Source: an uncultured Chloroflexia bacterium
GTDB taxonomy: Bacteria > Chloroflexota > Limnocylindria > Limnocylindrales > CSP1-4
DNA: 64,000 nucleotides
Direction of reading: 5' to 3'
Assembly: GCA_963707215.1 (NCBI GenBank)
Contig: CAVPPB010000003.1
Location: 1,024,001-1,088,000 of the forward strand
In this document: positions 30,379-40,100 of the stretch, piece by piece
Layout of the letters: every line of letters begins with the position of its first letter
Position numbering within the stretch: position 1 is the first letter of the stretch
The notes under the pieces: generated by a model
What the model was told of the DNA's origin: nothing
The model's input: only the letters and a program-made list of their open reading frames with translations
Databases searched by the model: none
Program-made: the position numbers and the translations under genes

Positions 30379-30900
30379 CTAGTAGCGGATCACGCTCGTG
30401 ACCCGACGGTCGGACAGGCGTTCGCGACCCTTCAGGAAGTCGAGCTCGACGAGGAAGCTGAGACCGACGATCTCGCCCTGGAGCCGTTCGACGAGCTCGA
30501 TGGTCCCGCGGACGGTGCCGCCCGTGGCGAGGAGGTCGTCGACGATCAGGACCCGTTGGCCGGGCTGGATCGCATCGCGGTGGATCTCGAGCGTGTTGGA
30601 GCCGTATTCGAGGGCGTACTCGACCGACAGGACCTCGGCCGGCAGCTTGCCGAGCTTGCGGACCGGGACCAGGGCGGCCTCCAATGCGTAGGCCATCGGA
30701 GCGCTGAAGATGAAGCCCCTGGACTCCATACCAACGACGGCATCGATCTGCTCGTCCCGGTACGGCTCCAGCATCAGCTCGACGGCCTCCCTGAACGCCC
30801 CGGCGTCCTTGAGGAGCGTCGTGATGTCGTAGAAGAGGATGCCCGGCTTCGGGAAGTCGGGGATCTCGCGGATCTTGGCGCGCAGGTCCTCGGCGGACAT
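30379..30900 (-). CDS. apt: Adenine phosphoribosyltransferase
   Basis: PDFPKPGILFYDIT, ESRGF, RKLGKLP, LEYG, VDDLLATGGT. Confidence 0.96.
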   Translation of the reverse strand: MSAEDLRAKIREIPDFPKPGILFYDITTLLKDAGAFREAVELMLEPYRDEQIDAVVGMESRGFIFSAPMAYALEAALVPVRKLGKLPAEVLSVEYALEYGSNTLEIHRDAIQPGQRVLIVDDLLATGGTVRGTIELVERLQGEIVGLSFLVELDFLKGRERLSDRRVTSVIRY

Positions 30901-31069
30901 GGCTGGCAGCTGCCTCCGGTGGTCCGTGGGCGGCGCCGGGACGGCGCCCAGGTCGGCTCGATTGGGCCTCGCCAGTCTACCCCAGCCCACGCCCGGTCCG
31001 ACCGCGCCGCGACCGACTGCTCCAAGGCTCCGTCCCAGGCGTCGTCGGTGGGCACTATCCTGTCGAGCC

Positions 31070-32035
31070 ATGGTCGATCGTCCGCTCCGGATCGCCGCCG
31101 CCCAGGCCCATCCGGCCTGGGGTCGCCCGGACGAGACCGCCCGCCGGGCGACGGAGTGGATCGCCCGGGCAGCCGCCGACGACGTCGGGCTGCTCGCCTT
31201 TGGCGAGACCTTCCTCGGCGGCTACCCGTTCTGGCTCTCGCTGACCGACGGTTCCCGCTTCGAGGACCCCGAGCAGAAGCGGGCCTACGCCTACTACCTG
31301 GATGCCGCCGTCGAGCTCGACGGACCCGAGGTCGGCGAGGTGGTCGAGGCTTCGCGGGACCACGGGCTCTTCACCTACATCGGCATCGCCGAGCGCGGCC
31401 CGGGACCGGCCCGGGGCACGGTCTTCTGCACCCTCGTCGCGATCGATCCGGAGCGCGGCGTGGTGAGCGCCCACCGCAAGCTCCAGCCGACCTACGAGGA
31501 GCGCCTCGCCTGGGGCCAGGGAGACGGCCATGGCCTGCGCGTCCACGCCCTGCCCGGCGGGCCGCGGGTCGGCGGACTCAACTGCTGGGAGAACTGGATG
31601 CCCCTGGCCCGGACGGCCATGTACGCCGGAGGGGAGGACATCCATGTCGCAGCCTGGCCGGGAGCGGTCCGGTTGACGGAGCCCTCGACCCGCTTCATCG
31701 CCGTGGAGGGCCGGGTCTACTGCCTGGCCGCCAGCGTCCTCCTGTCGATCGACGACATCGCGGCCGACTTCCCGCTACTCGAGGCCTGCCGGGAGGCGGC
31801 CGGCCGGGGCGGCGTCCTCTACGACGGCGGCTCCGCCGTGGCCGGGCCCGACGGGGCGTGGATCGTCGAGCCCGTCGCCCGGGAGGAACGGCTCGTGGTC
31901 GCCGAAGTCGACCCGGCGCGGGTACGCGAGGAGCGCCAGAACTTCGATCCGACCGGCCACTACAGCCGGCCGGACGTCCTGGAGCTGCGGGTCGATCGCC
32001 GGCGCCTTCACGGATCGCCCTACCGGGACGAGTGA
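31070..32035 (+). CDS. Nitrilase (carbon-nitrogen hydrolase)
   Basis: Catalytic triad contexts GETFLGGYP, HRKLQPT, NCWENW; C-terminal DPTGHYSRPD. Confidence 0.9.
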   Translation: MVDRPLRIAAAQAHPAWGRPDETARRATEWIARAAADDVGLLAFGETFLGGYPFWLSLTDGSRFEDPEQKRAYAYYLDAAVELDGPEVGEVVEASRDHGLFTYIGIAERGPGPARGTVFCTLVAIDPERGVVSAHRKLQPTYEERLAWGQGDGHGLRVHALPGGPRVGGLNCWENWMPLARTAMYAGGEDIHVAAWPGAVRLTEPSTRFIAVEGRVYCLAASVLLSIDDIAADFPLLEACREAAGRGGVLYDGGSAVAGPDGAWIVEPVAREERLVVAEVDPARVREERQNFDPTGHYSRPDVLELRVDRRRLHGSPYRDE

Positions 32036-32051
32036 CGCCCCGACCCCAGGA

Positions 32052-33440
32052 TCAGGCCCCGGCCCGGACCGGCCGGTGGCCGATGAGGCGGCGGCTTGCC
32101 AGCGCACCCAGCACGGCGACGACGGCGCCCATCCCGAAGGCGATCGCCAGGGCGACCCAGGCTTCGGCGCCCGATCGCTCCCCGGCGGCCACGAAGGCGC
32201 CGGCGATACCGGTCCCGAGAGCCACGCCGAGGGTGTCGGACAGTTGCAGGGCCGACGTGGCGCCACCCTCGGCCCCGGGCGTGGCCTCCCTGAGGGTGTA
32301 GATCGACAGCGGCGCATAGGAGAGCCCCATCCCGAGCCCGGCGACCCCGAAGGTCACGACCGCGACCTGCCAGGGAACGGCAGGGATGAGTACGAGCATC
32401 GTCGTCGCAACCCCCGCGGCGACGCTCGCGAACCCGACACCGACGAAGCGAGCCGCTCCGAGCGCCTGGATGCCTCGGGCCTGGATCCAGGACCCGGCCG
32501 TCCAGGACAGGGTCGCTGACGTCAGGACGATCCCCGCTGCGAACGCGCTGATGCCGCGGTAGTCGATGAGCAGGAGAGCGACGTAGGCGTCGACCGCGAA
32601 GAACGCGAAGGTGAGGACGCCTCGAAGCCCGATGGCCGCCGGCAACCCCGGCCGGAGCCTCAGGGTGCCGGGTGGGCTGAGGCGCCGGAAGGCCGGCACG
32701 CCGACCGCGATCCCGACCGGCACGAGGGCCACGAGGAGGAGCGCCGAGCCCGACGTAAGCCCGACGAGGGCGGTCCCGGCTCCGGCCGTGACGAGGAGGG
32801 CGAGTGGCAGCCGTCGGCGGAGCGCCTCCCCGGCCGCGTGCTCGGATGCCGGCGCCGGCGCGACCGCGCGGAGCGCCCGGATCGTCATCGCCCCGCTGAC
32901 CGCGATCAGGGGTAGCAGGCCCAGGAAGACCCAGCGCCAGCCGACCGTCTCCCCGACGAGCCCGGCGATGGCCGGACCGATGACCCCGGGGATCACCCAG
33001 GCGGTCGAGAGGATCGCGAACATCCGGGGCCGGATCGACTCGGGCATCGAGCGGCCGATCGCGACGTAGACGGTGGGCGGGATGGAGCCCGCGCCGAGCC
33101 CCTGGAGGACCCGCCCCGCGACGAGCACCGGCATGCTCGGAGCCAGGCCTCCGACGACCAGGCCGGCGGCGAAGAGCCCGAGACCGATGCCCAGCGGTCG
33201 AACGAGGCCACCGCGGTCCAGCAGCCCGCCGATGACGACGATGCCGACCAGCGAGCCCAGGAAGAAGGCGGAGAACACCCAGCCGTACAGCTCGAGTCCG
33301 CCGAGATCCTCGGCAACGAGCGGCATCACCGTCGAGATCGCCAGGGCCTCGAACGCCACCAGGGTGACGGTCAGGATGAGGCCGATGGTCAGCGCCCGAC
33401 GGCCCGCCGAGAAGAGGCCGTCGGCCGGCTCGGTCCGCAT
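32052..33440 (-). CDS. MFS transporter (DHA2-like)
   Basis: LVAFEALA..T.MP, GRVLQGLGAG, GWRWVF; many TM segments. Confidence 0.88.
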   Translation of the reverse strand: MRTEPADGLFSAGRRALTIGLILTVTLVAFEALAISTVMPLVAEDLGGLELYGWVFSAFFLGSLVGIVVIGGLLDRGGLVRPLGIGLGLFAAGLVVGGLAPSMPVLVAGRVLQGLGAGSIPPTVYVAIGRSMPESIRPRMFAILSTAWVIPGVIGPAIAGLVGETVGWRWVFLGLLPLIAVSGAMTIRALRAVAPAPASEHAAGEALRRRLPLALLVTAGAGTALVGLTSGSALLLVALVPVGIAVGVPAFRRLSPPGTLRLRPGLPAAIGLRGVLTFAFFAVDAYVALLLIDYRGISAFAAGIVLTSATLSWTAGSWIQARGIQALGAARFVGVGFASVAAGVATTMLVLIPAVPWQVAVVTFGVAGLGMGLSYAPLSIYTLREATPGAEGGATSALQLSDTLGVALGTGIAGAFVAAGERSGAEAWVALAIAFGMGAVVAVLGALASRRLIGHRPVRAGA

Positions 33441-33444
33441 CCGG

Positions 33445-34020
33445 CTAGAGGACGAGCCCGGCAGGCGGCGGCACCGACGCGACGACCTCGTCGGCAAGCG
33501 CGACGGTCCGGGTCCACTCGTAGAACAGGCCTTTCGTCGTCGTCAGCAGGCCGCCAGCGGCCCGGATCCGGTCGAGGCCGGCGGCGGTCCCCCCGGCCGG
33601 CGATGCCGTGGCGTCGGCGACGACCGCGACGCGGACGCCGCGCGCGAGCAGCCCCACGGCCGACTGGGCGACGCAGACGTCGGTCTCGAGCCCCACGAGG
33701 ACAGCGGTCCCACGGCCGGTCGCCTCGACGGCGGCCAGGATGTCCGGCTGGTCGGCGAGGCCGAACACCGCCTTGTCATGGCGGGTCATCCCGGCCGGCA
33801 TGACGTCGAGGATCCGCCGGTCGGTCGAGCCATGCTTGCCCGGCTCCTCCTCGGTCGCGACGGTCGGCACATCGAGGTGCGCCGCGACGCGAGCCAGCCA
33901 GGCGATCCGCTCGGCGATCGACGCCGCGACCGGCGGGTCGAGACGTTCGAGGAAGCCGGGCTGGGTGTCGATGACGACGAGCAGGCAGTCGGTCGCCACG
34001 AGGAGAGGCTGGGCGGTCAC
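33445..34020 (-). CDS. Isochorismatase-like cysteine hydrolase
   Basis: LLVVIDTQ, TEE, HDK..F, GLETDVCV; GTG start with SD AGGAG. Confidence 0.85.
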   Translation of the reverse strand: MTAQPLLVATDCLLVVIDTQPGFLERLDPPVAASIAERIAWLARVAAHLDVPTVATEEEPGKHGSTDRRILDVMPAGMTRHDKAVFGLADQPDILAAVEATGRGTAVLVGLETDVCVAQSAVGLLARGVRVAVVADATASPAGGTAAGLDRIRAAGGLLTTTKGLFYEWTRTVALADEVVASVPPPAGLVL

Positions 34021-34042
34021 CGCGATGCTCCTGGGGCCATCA

Positions 34043-34984
34043 TCACGTCCCCGCCAGGCGCTCGACGACCGGGTCGAGCTCGCCCTCCTCGCCGACCATG
34101 AACGAGCTGATGCCGAGTCGCTCGCGGATGCCCCGCAGCTTCTCGACGAGGCCGTCGACCGAGCCGATGAAGACGTGCGGCGACTCCAGCACTTCGCCGG
34201 CCGAGATGCCGAGCCCGGACTGTTCGCGGAACCGATCGGCCAGCGTCTCGGCCTCCTTCCGGGCACGGTCGGTCAGCAGGGGCGCCACCCCGGTCGGGTA
34301 GACGTTGAGCTCGAGCTCGTCGAAGCGCCCGCCGGCCGCCTCGCGCACCCAGCCGATCTTCTCCTCCGTCGCGGCGAGGGTGATCGACCGCGGATCGCGG
34401 ACCAGTCCGGGCAACGTCCTGGGGGCGAAGCTGACGATGTCGGCCTCCCGGCCGGCCAGCGTCAGGACCCGTTGCCCTCCGCCGCCGATCATCAGCGGCG
34501 GGTGAGGCCGCTGGACCGGCTTCGGCCGGCCGTCGTAGGCGTCGAGCGCGTAGTGCTCGCCACGGAACGAGAACGGCTCCCCGCCGAGGCAGCCCTTGAG
34601 CACGGAGATCGCCTCGGCCAGCCGGCCGACCCGGATCTCCACCGGGTCGAAGCTCATCCCGGTCTGCCGGTACTCGGGTGCATTCCAGCCGGCCCCGATG
34701 CCGATCTCGAGCCGGCCGCCGCTGAGGACGTCGAGCGTCGCGAGGTCGTGGGCCAGGACGGCCGGGTGACGGAGGTCGTTGTTGATGACGAACGAACCGA
34801 TCCGCAGCCGCTCGGTGGCGGCGGCCACGTAGGCCATGGTCGGGACCGGCGCCATCTGGTCGATGAGGTGGTCGGGCACGACGAGGGCGGAGAAGCCGGT
34901 CGCCTCGGCCCGCCGGGCGAGCTCGGTGAGGGTCCGGCCGTCGACCGGGGTCGAGACCACGGCCAGGAAGCGGAAGGGTCGCAT
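34043..34984 (-). CDS. LLM-class, probably F420-dependent, oxidoreductase
   Basis: PDHL, NNDLRHPAVLA, LSGGRLEIGIGAGW, P.PVQRPHPPLMIGGGG. Confidence 0.88.
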   Translation of the reverse strand: MRPFRFLAVVSTPVDGRTLTELARRAEATGFSALVVPDHLIDQMAPVPTMAYVAAATERLRIGSFVINNDLRHPAVLAHDLATLDVLSGGRLEIGIGAGWNAPEYRQTGMSFDPVEIRVGRLAEAISVLKGCLGGEPFSFRGEHYALDAYDGRPKPVQRPHPPLMIGGGGQRVLTLAGREADIVSFAPRTLPGLVRDPRSITLAATEEKIGWVREAAGGRFDELELNVYPTGVAPLLTDRARKEAETLADRFREQSGLGISAGEVLESPHVFIGSVDGLVEKLRGIRERLGISSFMVGEEGELDPVVERLAGT

Positions 34985-35030
34985 CGACCGATGGTAGACC
35001 CGCGGCCCGAGGGGCCGCGACCGTGACTGA

Positions 35031-35237
35031 TCAGTCGAAGTCGAAGATCCCGCGCCCGGCCGAGAACTGGAGCACCAGCCGGCAGCGCTGGCAGATCTTC
35101 AGCACGAGCTTGTGACTCGTGACGCCCCAGCGTGAGTCCATCCGGCCCCGCTGGGTCTCGAACTCGGTCCCGCTGCACAGCGGGCACTTCAGCACCGGCT
35201 TCGCGGCCGCCTCGGCGGCTTCCCAGGTTCCCATCAT
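35031..35237 (-). CDS. Small zinc-ribbon protein
   Basis: 68 aa; CPLC..CQRC; ends IFDFD; SD GGAGG. Confidence 0.72.
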   Translation of the reverse strand: MMGTWEAAEAAAKPVLKCPLCSGTEFETQRGRMDSRWGVTSHKLVLKICQRCRLVLQFSAGRGIFDFD

Positions 35238-35299
35238 CAGGCCTCCGTAGCGTGATCGGTCAGCGGCAGGGTCGGTCGAAGGCGGCTGCCCTCGATAGG

Positions 35300-35599
35300 T
35301 CAGTCCCTGCCGCGCAGCAGTGAGATCCGGAAGGGGCGCAGCTCGCCGCGGGCGTACCCGCCGGCGATGACCGGGTCCTCCTCCATGATGCGCCGGGCGG
35401 CGGCCTCGTCGGGCGCCTCGAAGATGGCGATCCCCGTGTTGACCGATCCCAGGGTCGGCCCCACGAGGACGATCGTGCGCTCCGCGAGGAGGCGCTGGAA
35501 GCGCTCGAAGTGGGTCCCCCAGACCGCCTCCTCCTCGGGGGTCATGGTCGCCGCGAAGTCCTCCCGGGGCGGGTGGATGAAGTAGACCCATTCGCCCAT
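35300..35599 (-). CDS. YciI family protein
   Basis: H..R, LVGPT, GIAIFEA, EEDP motif pattern. Confidence 0.8.
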   Translation of the reverse strand: MGEWVYFIHPPREDFAATMTPEEEAVWGTHFERFQRLLAERTIVLVGPTLGSVNTGIAIFEAPDEAAARRIMEEDPVIAGGYARGELRPFRISLLRGRD

Positions 35600-35621
35600 G
35601 ACGCTCGCCTTCGCAGCCCGA

Positions 35622-36551
35622 TCAGGCGGCCGCCGCGCCGCTCGGCGCGCCGTCCGACCGGGCCGGCTCGGGCTCCCCGGGCGGTGACCCGACCCGGAAC
35701 CGGTTGCGGTAGTGGATCAGGGCGCCCAGCAGCGCGGCATGGGTCAGGGTCGAGGAGATGGCGGCGATCTGCTCGACGTAGAAGCTGACGATCGCCCCGG
35801 CGGTCAGGGCGACGATCAGGCCCACGATCGCCAGCCGGATGCCGGCGACCTCGCGTCCGCGGCCGAGCGCGACCGCGCCGATCAGGAGCACGATCCCGCT
35901 CGCTCCGAGGATGGCCGCCTCCAGGAGGTAGAAGACCGGGTCGTCGGGACGTTCGACCCGGTCGCCCGGCACCTCGACGATATCCCGGATCGCGTCGCGG
36001 ACGATCTCCGGGTCAAGGACCGCGAACAGCACCAGCGAGAGCAGCCAGGTGACGCCCATGAACCCCAGGACGGCGACGAGCAGGCGTCGGAAGCGACGCC
36101 GGGGCAGGTATCGCTCCTCCCAGCGGGCCAGGCGACCCGGCTGGACCGCCGCGGGCCGGGCGTCGGGCCGGCGGCGCACCACGACGAAGATGGCGATGAG
36201 GGCCAGCAGCAGGCCGTAGATGAGCGGCGCCGCCAAGGGGTAGAAGTAGTCGTTGCTCGCGGTGATGAACTTGCCGACCTCGTCGACGAACAGGCCGGTG
36301 CCGGCACCGGCCAGGATCGCCGAGAGCGAGAGGACCAGGGAGCCGGTGAGCAGGAGCGGCAGGAGCGCCGCGGCCACGAGGAGGAGCCCGCCCCAGAGCA
36401 CGTGGGCGACGTGGAGCTCGCCGCCGCCGACCTGCGGGTAGCCGGTCGCCTGGAGGTACCAGCGGGTCCCCACGACGGCCACGATGAAGGCCACGATCAG
36501 GATGAGCAGGTAGCGCTCGGCGCCGTCACGGAAGCTGGGTCGGTCGGACAT
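35622..36551 (-). CDS. Conserved-looking hypothetical membrane protein (start at 36551, 36557 or 36563)
   Basis: About 7 TM segments; HVAHVLWGG and GLFVDEVGKFIT..NDYF motifs. Confidence 0.75.
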   Translation of the reverse strand: MSDRPSFRDGAERYLLILIVAFIVAVVGTRWYLQATGYPQVGGGELHVAHVLWGGLLLVAAALLPLLLTGSLVLSLSAILAGAGTGLFVDEVGKFITASNDYFYPLAAPLIYGLLLALIAIFVVVRRRPDARPAAVQPGRLARWEERYLPRRRFRRLLVAVLGFMGVTWLLSLVLFAVLDPEIVRDAIRDIVEVPGDRVERPDDPVFYLLEAAILGASGIVLLIGAVALGRGREVAGIRLAIVGLIVALTAGAIVSFYVEQIAAISSTLTHAALLGALIHYRNRFRVGSPPGEPEPARSDGAPSGAAAA

Positions 36552-36578
36552 CGGCACGGTCATCCTAGCGGACGGGGC

Positions 36579-37130
36579 TCACCAGGCGTCGCCGGGTCGC
36601 CACTCGCAGCTGATCGACGCCGTGGGGTCGAGCGCTGGCGACGTCGGCGTCGGCAGGACCATGATCCCCTCGTCCTCGTCGGCGGTCCGCAGGAGCCCCT
36701 CGGTCGTCCGCACGTACGTCGGCCCCTGCCAGCGCAGCCAGCCGAGCCGCTCGTAGAAGCGGTGAGCGTCGGTGCTGAGGGCGCCCAGCTCGAAGCCGGC
36801 GTGGATGAACCCGGTCGCCTCGGCAACGACCCGCGAGCCCAGCCCCTGGCGCTGGCGACCGGGTTCGGTGGCGACGGCCTCGAGGTAGCCGGTCCGGAGC
36901 GGCCGCCCGCCCAGCTCGAGGACCCGCTCCACGACCGAGGCATGGCTGACGATCCGCCCGTCGGCCTCGATGAGCCAGTGCCGCCCGCCGAGGGCGTGGG
37001 CCATGTCGTCGTCGCTGAAGCCACCGCCCGGCCAGGCGCCTGCGAAGAGGCGGCGCAGCTGGTCGAGATCGGCGGGAGTGAGATCTGTCGTGCTCGCCTC
37101 ACGCGGCCGAGGCAGGAGCAGGTCAGCCAT
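36579..37130 (-). CDS. Aminoglycoside 2'-N-acetyltransferase-like GNAT (AAC(2')-I family)
   Basis: FSDDDMAHALGGRH, HASVVER, LRTGYLEAVA, FYERLGW..W.GPT, CEWRPGDAW terminus. Confidence 0.85.
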   Translation of the reverse strand: MADLLLPRPREASTTDLTPADLDQLRRLFAGAWPGGGFSDDDMAHALGGRHWLIEADGRIVSHASVVERVLELGGRPLRTGYLEAVATEPGRQRQGLGSRVVAEATGFIHAGFELGALSTDAHRFYERLGWLRWQGPTYVRTTEGLLRTADEDEGIMVLPTPTSPALDPTASISCEWRPGDAW

Positions 37131-40100
37131 CGACCCCGAGGCGGGCGACGACGGCCTGGGTGAGCTGCCAGGCACGCCCCGGTTCATGGGGCAGGCGGAT
37201 GCGGACCTGGTTCGAGGCGAAGGTGAGCTCGCCCGGCCGGACTCCCGGCAGGGACCCGCCCGGGCCGGTCGGAGCGAGGAGACGCATCGCGGTCGCCCGC
37301 GACAGCTCGGCCCCGAAGCGGACGACGAGCTGACCGTCCTCGCGGGAGATCGAGGAGACGCCGACCTCCTCGGCCCGCAGGCGCAGCTCGGCGACCTCTG
37401 CCAGCCGGAGCACCGGCTCCGGCAGCGGCCCGAAGCGGTCCAGGACCTCCTGGCGGAAGGCGGCGATGTCGCCCGGCGTGCGGGCCCTGGCCAGGCGCCG
37501 GTAGAGCTCGAGCTTCTGGGCCTCGTCGGGCACGTAGTCGTCGGGCAGGTGGGCCTCCAGCGGCAGGTCGAGCACGGCCTGCGGTCGCTCGACGACCGGC
37601 GCCCTCCCCTCCAGGCTCGCCTTCTGCTCCTCGACCGCCTCGCCCAGGAGCCGCGAGTAGAGGTCGAAGCCGACGGCCGCCATGTGCCCGGACTGCTCGG
37701 CGCCAAGGATGTTTCCGGCACCGCGGATCTCCAGGTCGGCCAGGGCGATCTGGAAGCCGGCCCCCAGCTCGGAGGCATTGAAGATCGCCTGGAGGCGCTT
37801 GCGGGCCTCGTCGCTCATCCGCTCGCGACGGCGGTAGAGCAGGTAGGCGTAGGCCCGTCGGCTGCTCCGGCCGACCCGGCCGCGGAGCTGGTAGAGCTGG
37901 GCGAGGCCGAGCTGGTCGGCCCGATCGATGACGATCGTGTTGGCGTTGGGGATGTCGAGGCCCGACTCGATGATCGTCGTGCTGACGAGGACGTCCGCCT
38001 CGCCGCCGGCGAAGCCGACCATGACCCCCTCGAGCGCGCCCTCGGACATCTGGCCGTGGCCGACGACGATCCGGGCCTCCGGCAGCATCCGCCGAAGCTG
38101 GTCGGCCTGGGCCTCGATCGTCTCGACCCGGTTGTGGACGAAGAAGACCTGGCCGCCGCGGTCCAGCTCGCGAAGGATGGCGTCGCGCACGAGCCCGGCG
38201 GAGGCCTCGGCGACCCGGGTCTGGATCGGTAGCCGGTCCTCCGGTGGGGTCTCGATGACGGACAGGTCGCGGATGCCGGCCAGAGCCAGGTTGAGGGTCC
38301 GCGGGATCGGCGTCGCCGAGAGGGTCAGCACGTCGACCTCCCGGCGGAGCCGCTTGAGGCGCTCCTTCGCCGCCACCCCGAAACGCTGCTCCTCGTCCAC
38401 GACGACCAGCCCGAGGTCGCGGAAGGCGACGTCCTTGCTGAGCAGGCGATGGGTGCCGATGACCAGGTCGACCGAGCCGTCGGCCAGGCCGGCCACGGTC
38501 CTCCCCTGCTCCGCCGGCCCGACGAATCGCGAGAGCAGCCGGACGGCGATCGGGAACGCGGCGAAGCGCTGGGAGAAGGTCCGGAAGTGCTGGTCGGCGA
38601 GGACCGTCGTGGGCACGAGGACCGCGACCTGGCGGCCGTCCTGGACGGCCTTGAAGGCGGCTCGCAGGGCGACCTCCGTCTTGCCGTAGCCGACGTCGCC
38701 GACGACGAGGCGGTCCATCGGCTGGACGGCCTCCATGTCGACCTTGACCTCGGCGATGGCACGCAGCTGGTCGGGCGTCTCCTCGTACGGGAACGACGCC
38801 TCGAGCTCGCCCTGCCAGGGCGTGTCGGGCTCGAACGCGTGGCCGCGGGCGGCCGCCCTCGCCGCATACAGCTCGAGGAGCTCCGAGGCGAGGTCGGTGA
38901 CCGCCCGCTTGACCCGCTGCTTGGTCCGCAGCCACTCGGTTCCGCCGAGGCGGCTGAGGGTCGGCGACTCGCCGCCCGAGTAGCGGCTCAGGCGCTCGAT
39001 CTGCTCGACCGGCACGAAGATCCGATCGCCGGCGGCGAAGCGCAGCTCCAGGAAGTCGCGGTCGTCGCCGAGACCGCTGGAGCGCCGGATCATCCGCTCG
39101 TAGCGGGCGATGCCGTGGTCGATGTGGACGACGAGGTCGCCGGGCGTGAGGCGCTCGAGGAGGTCGCGGGGGACGACCCGTCGGAGGGCCTTGGGGCGAC
39201 GGACCCGGACCGAGCCGAAGAGCTCCCGGTCGGTGACCAGGACCAGGCCGTCCGGCCCGCCCTCGAAACCGCCGTTGAGGCTCCGCTCGACGAGGACGAC
39301 ACCGCCGGGATGGGGCGGCTCCGCGACCCGGCTGACGGCCGCGACGGGCCGGCCACCCTCCTCGAGGAGCTCGGCGAGACGGGGCGCCTGGTCGCTCGTC
39401 AGGACGACCCGGCCGGCGTCGGCCGCCCAGCCGTCCACCATGTCCGTCAGCCGGCCGGTCCGCCCGGGCAGGACGGTCGGCTCGCGCCAGCCGAACAGAT
39501 CGCCCGACGCCAGGCCGCCCCGGGCCAGGGTGGCCTCCTGGGGCAGGTCCGTCATCCAGGTCAGCTCGAGGGTCCGGGAGGCCGTCAACCGGGAGCGCCA
39601 GGCGCGCTCGGCCGGGTACGGCGCCGGCCAACGCTCCGGGAGCTCGCCCGCGGCGATCAGCTCGCCGCGGCGCTCGGCCTCCTGGCGCCAGAGGGACGCG
39701 GCCGCATCGGCCACGTCGCCAGGCTCGTCGATCACGATGAGCGCGCCAGGATCGACATGGTCGAGGCCGGTCGTCGCGGTCAGGACGGGCGCCCAGACCT
39801 CCGCGGCGTCGCCGACGGCCAGGGCTCGGGTGAGCGGGTCGCCGGCGCCCTCCAGTCGGTCCAGGTCGGCGGCCAGCCGCTCGGGCAGCCGATCGACCAG
39901 GCGACCCAGCCGGGCGCGGATCGAACCCGCTCCACCGGGCGGGCGCAGGAACTCGCTGGCCGGCAGCAGCTCGATAGGCCCGGCCGGTCCGACCGAGCGT
40001 TGGTCGGTGGGATCGAAGGCCCGGATCGAGTCGATCTCGTCGCCGAACAGCTCCAGGCGCACGGGCAGCTCGGCCGACGGCGGGAACAGGTCGACGATCC

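Noticed and set aside
26814-31050. SAH riboswitch for the ahcY operon
   Set aside because: ahcY overlaps the upstream gene, and I could not match the SAH motif in the apt upstream region.
29026-32301. 1091-aa plus-strand ORF, and similar long Arg/Gly/Pro-rich ORFs (e.g. 42270-45158, 37184-39631, 38449-40653)
   Set aside because: Shadow frames of real genes in very high-GC DNA where stops are rare; composition is not protein-like.
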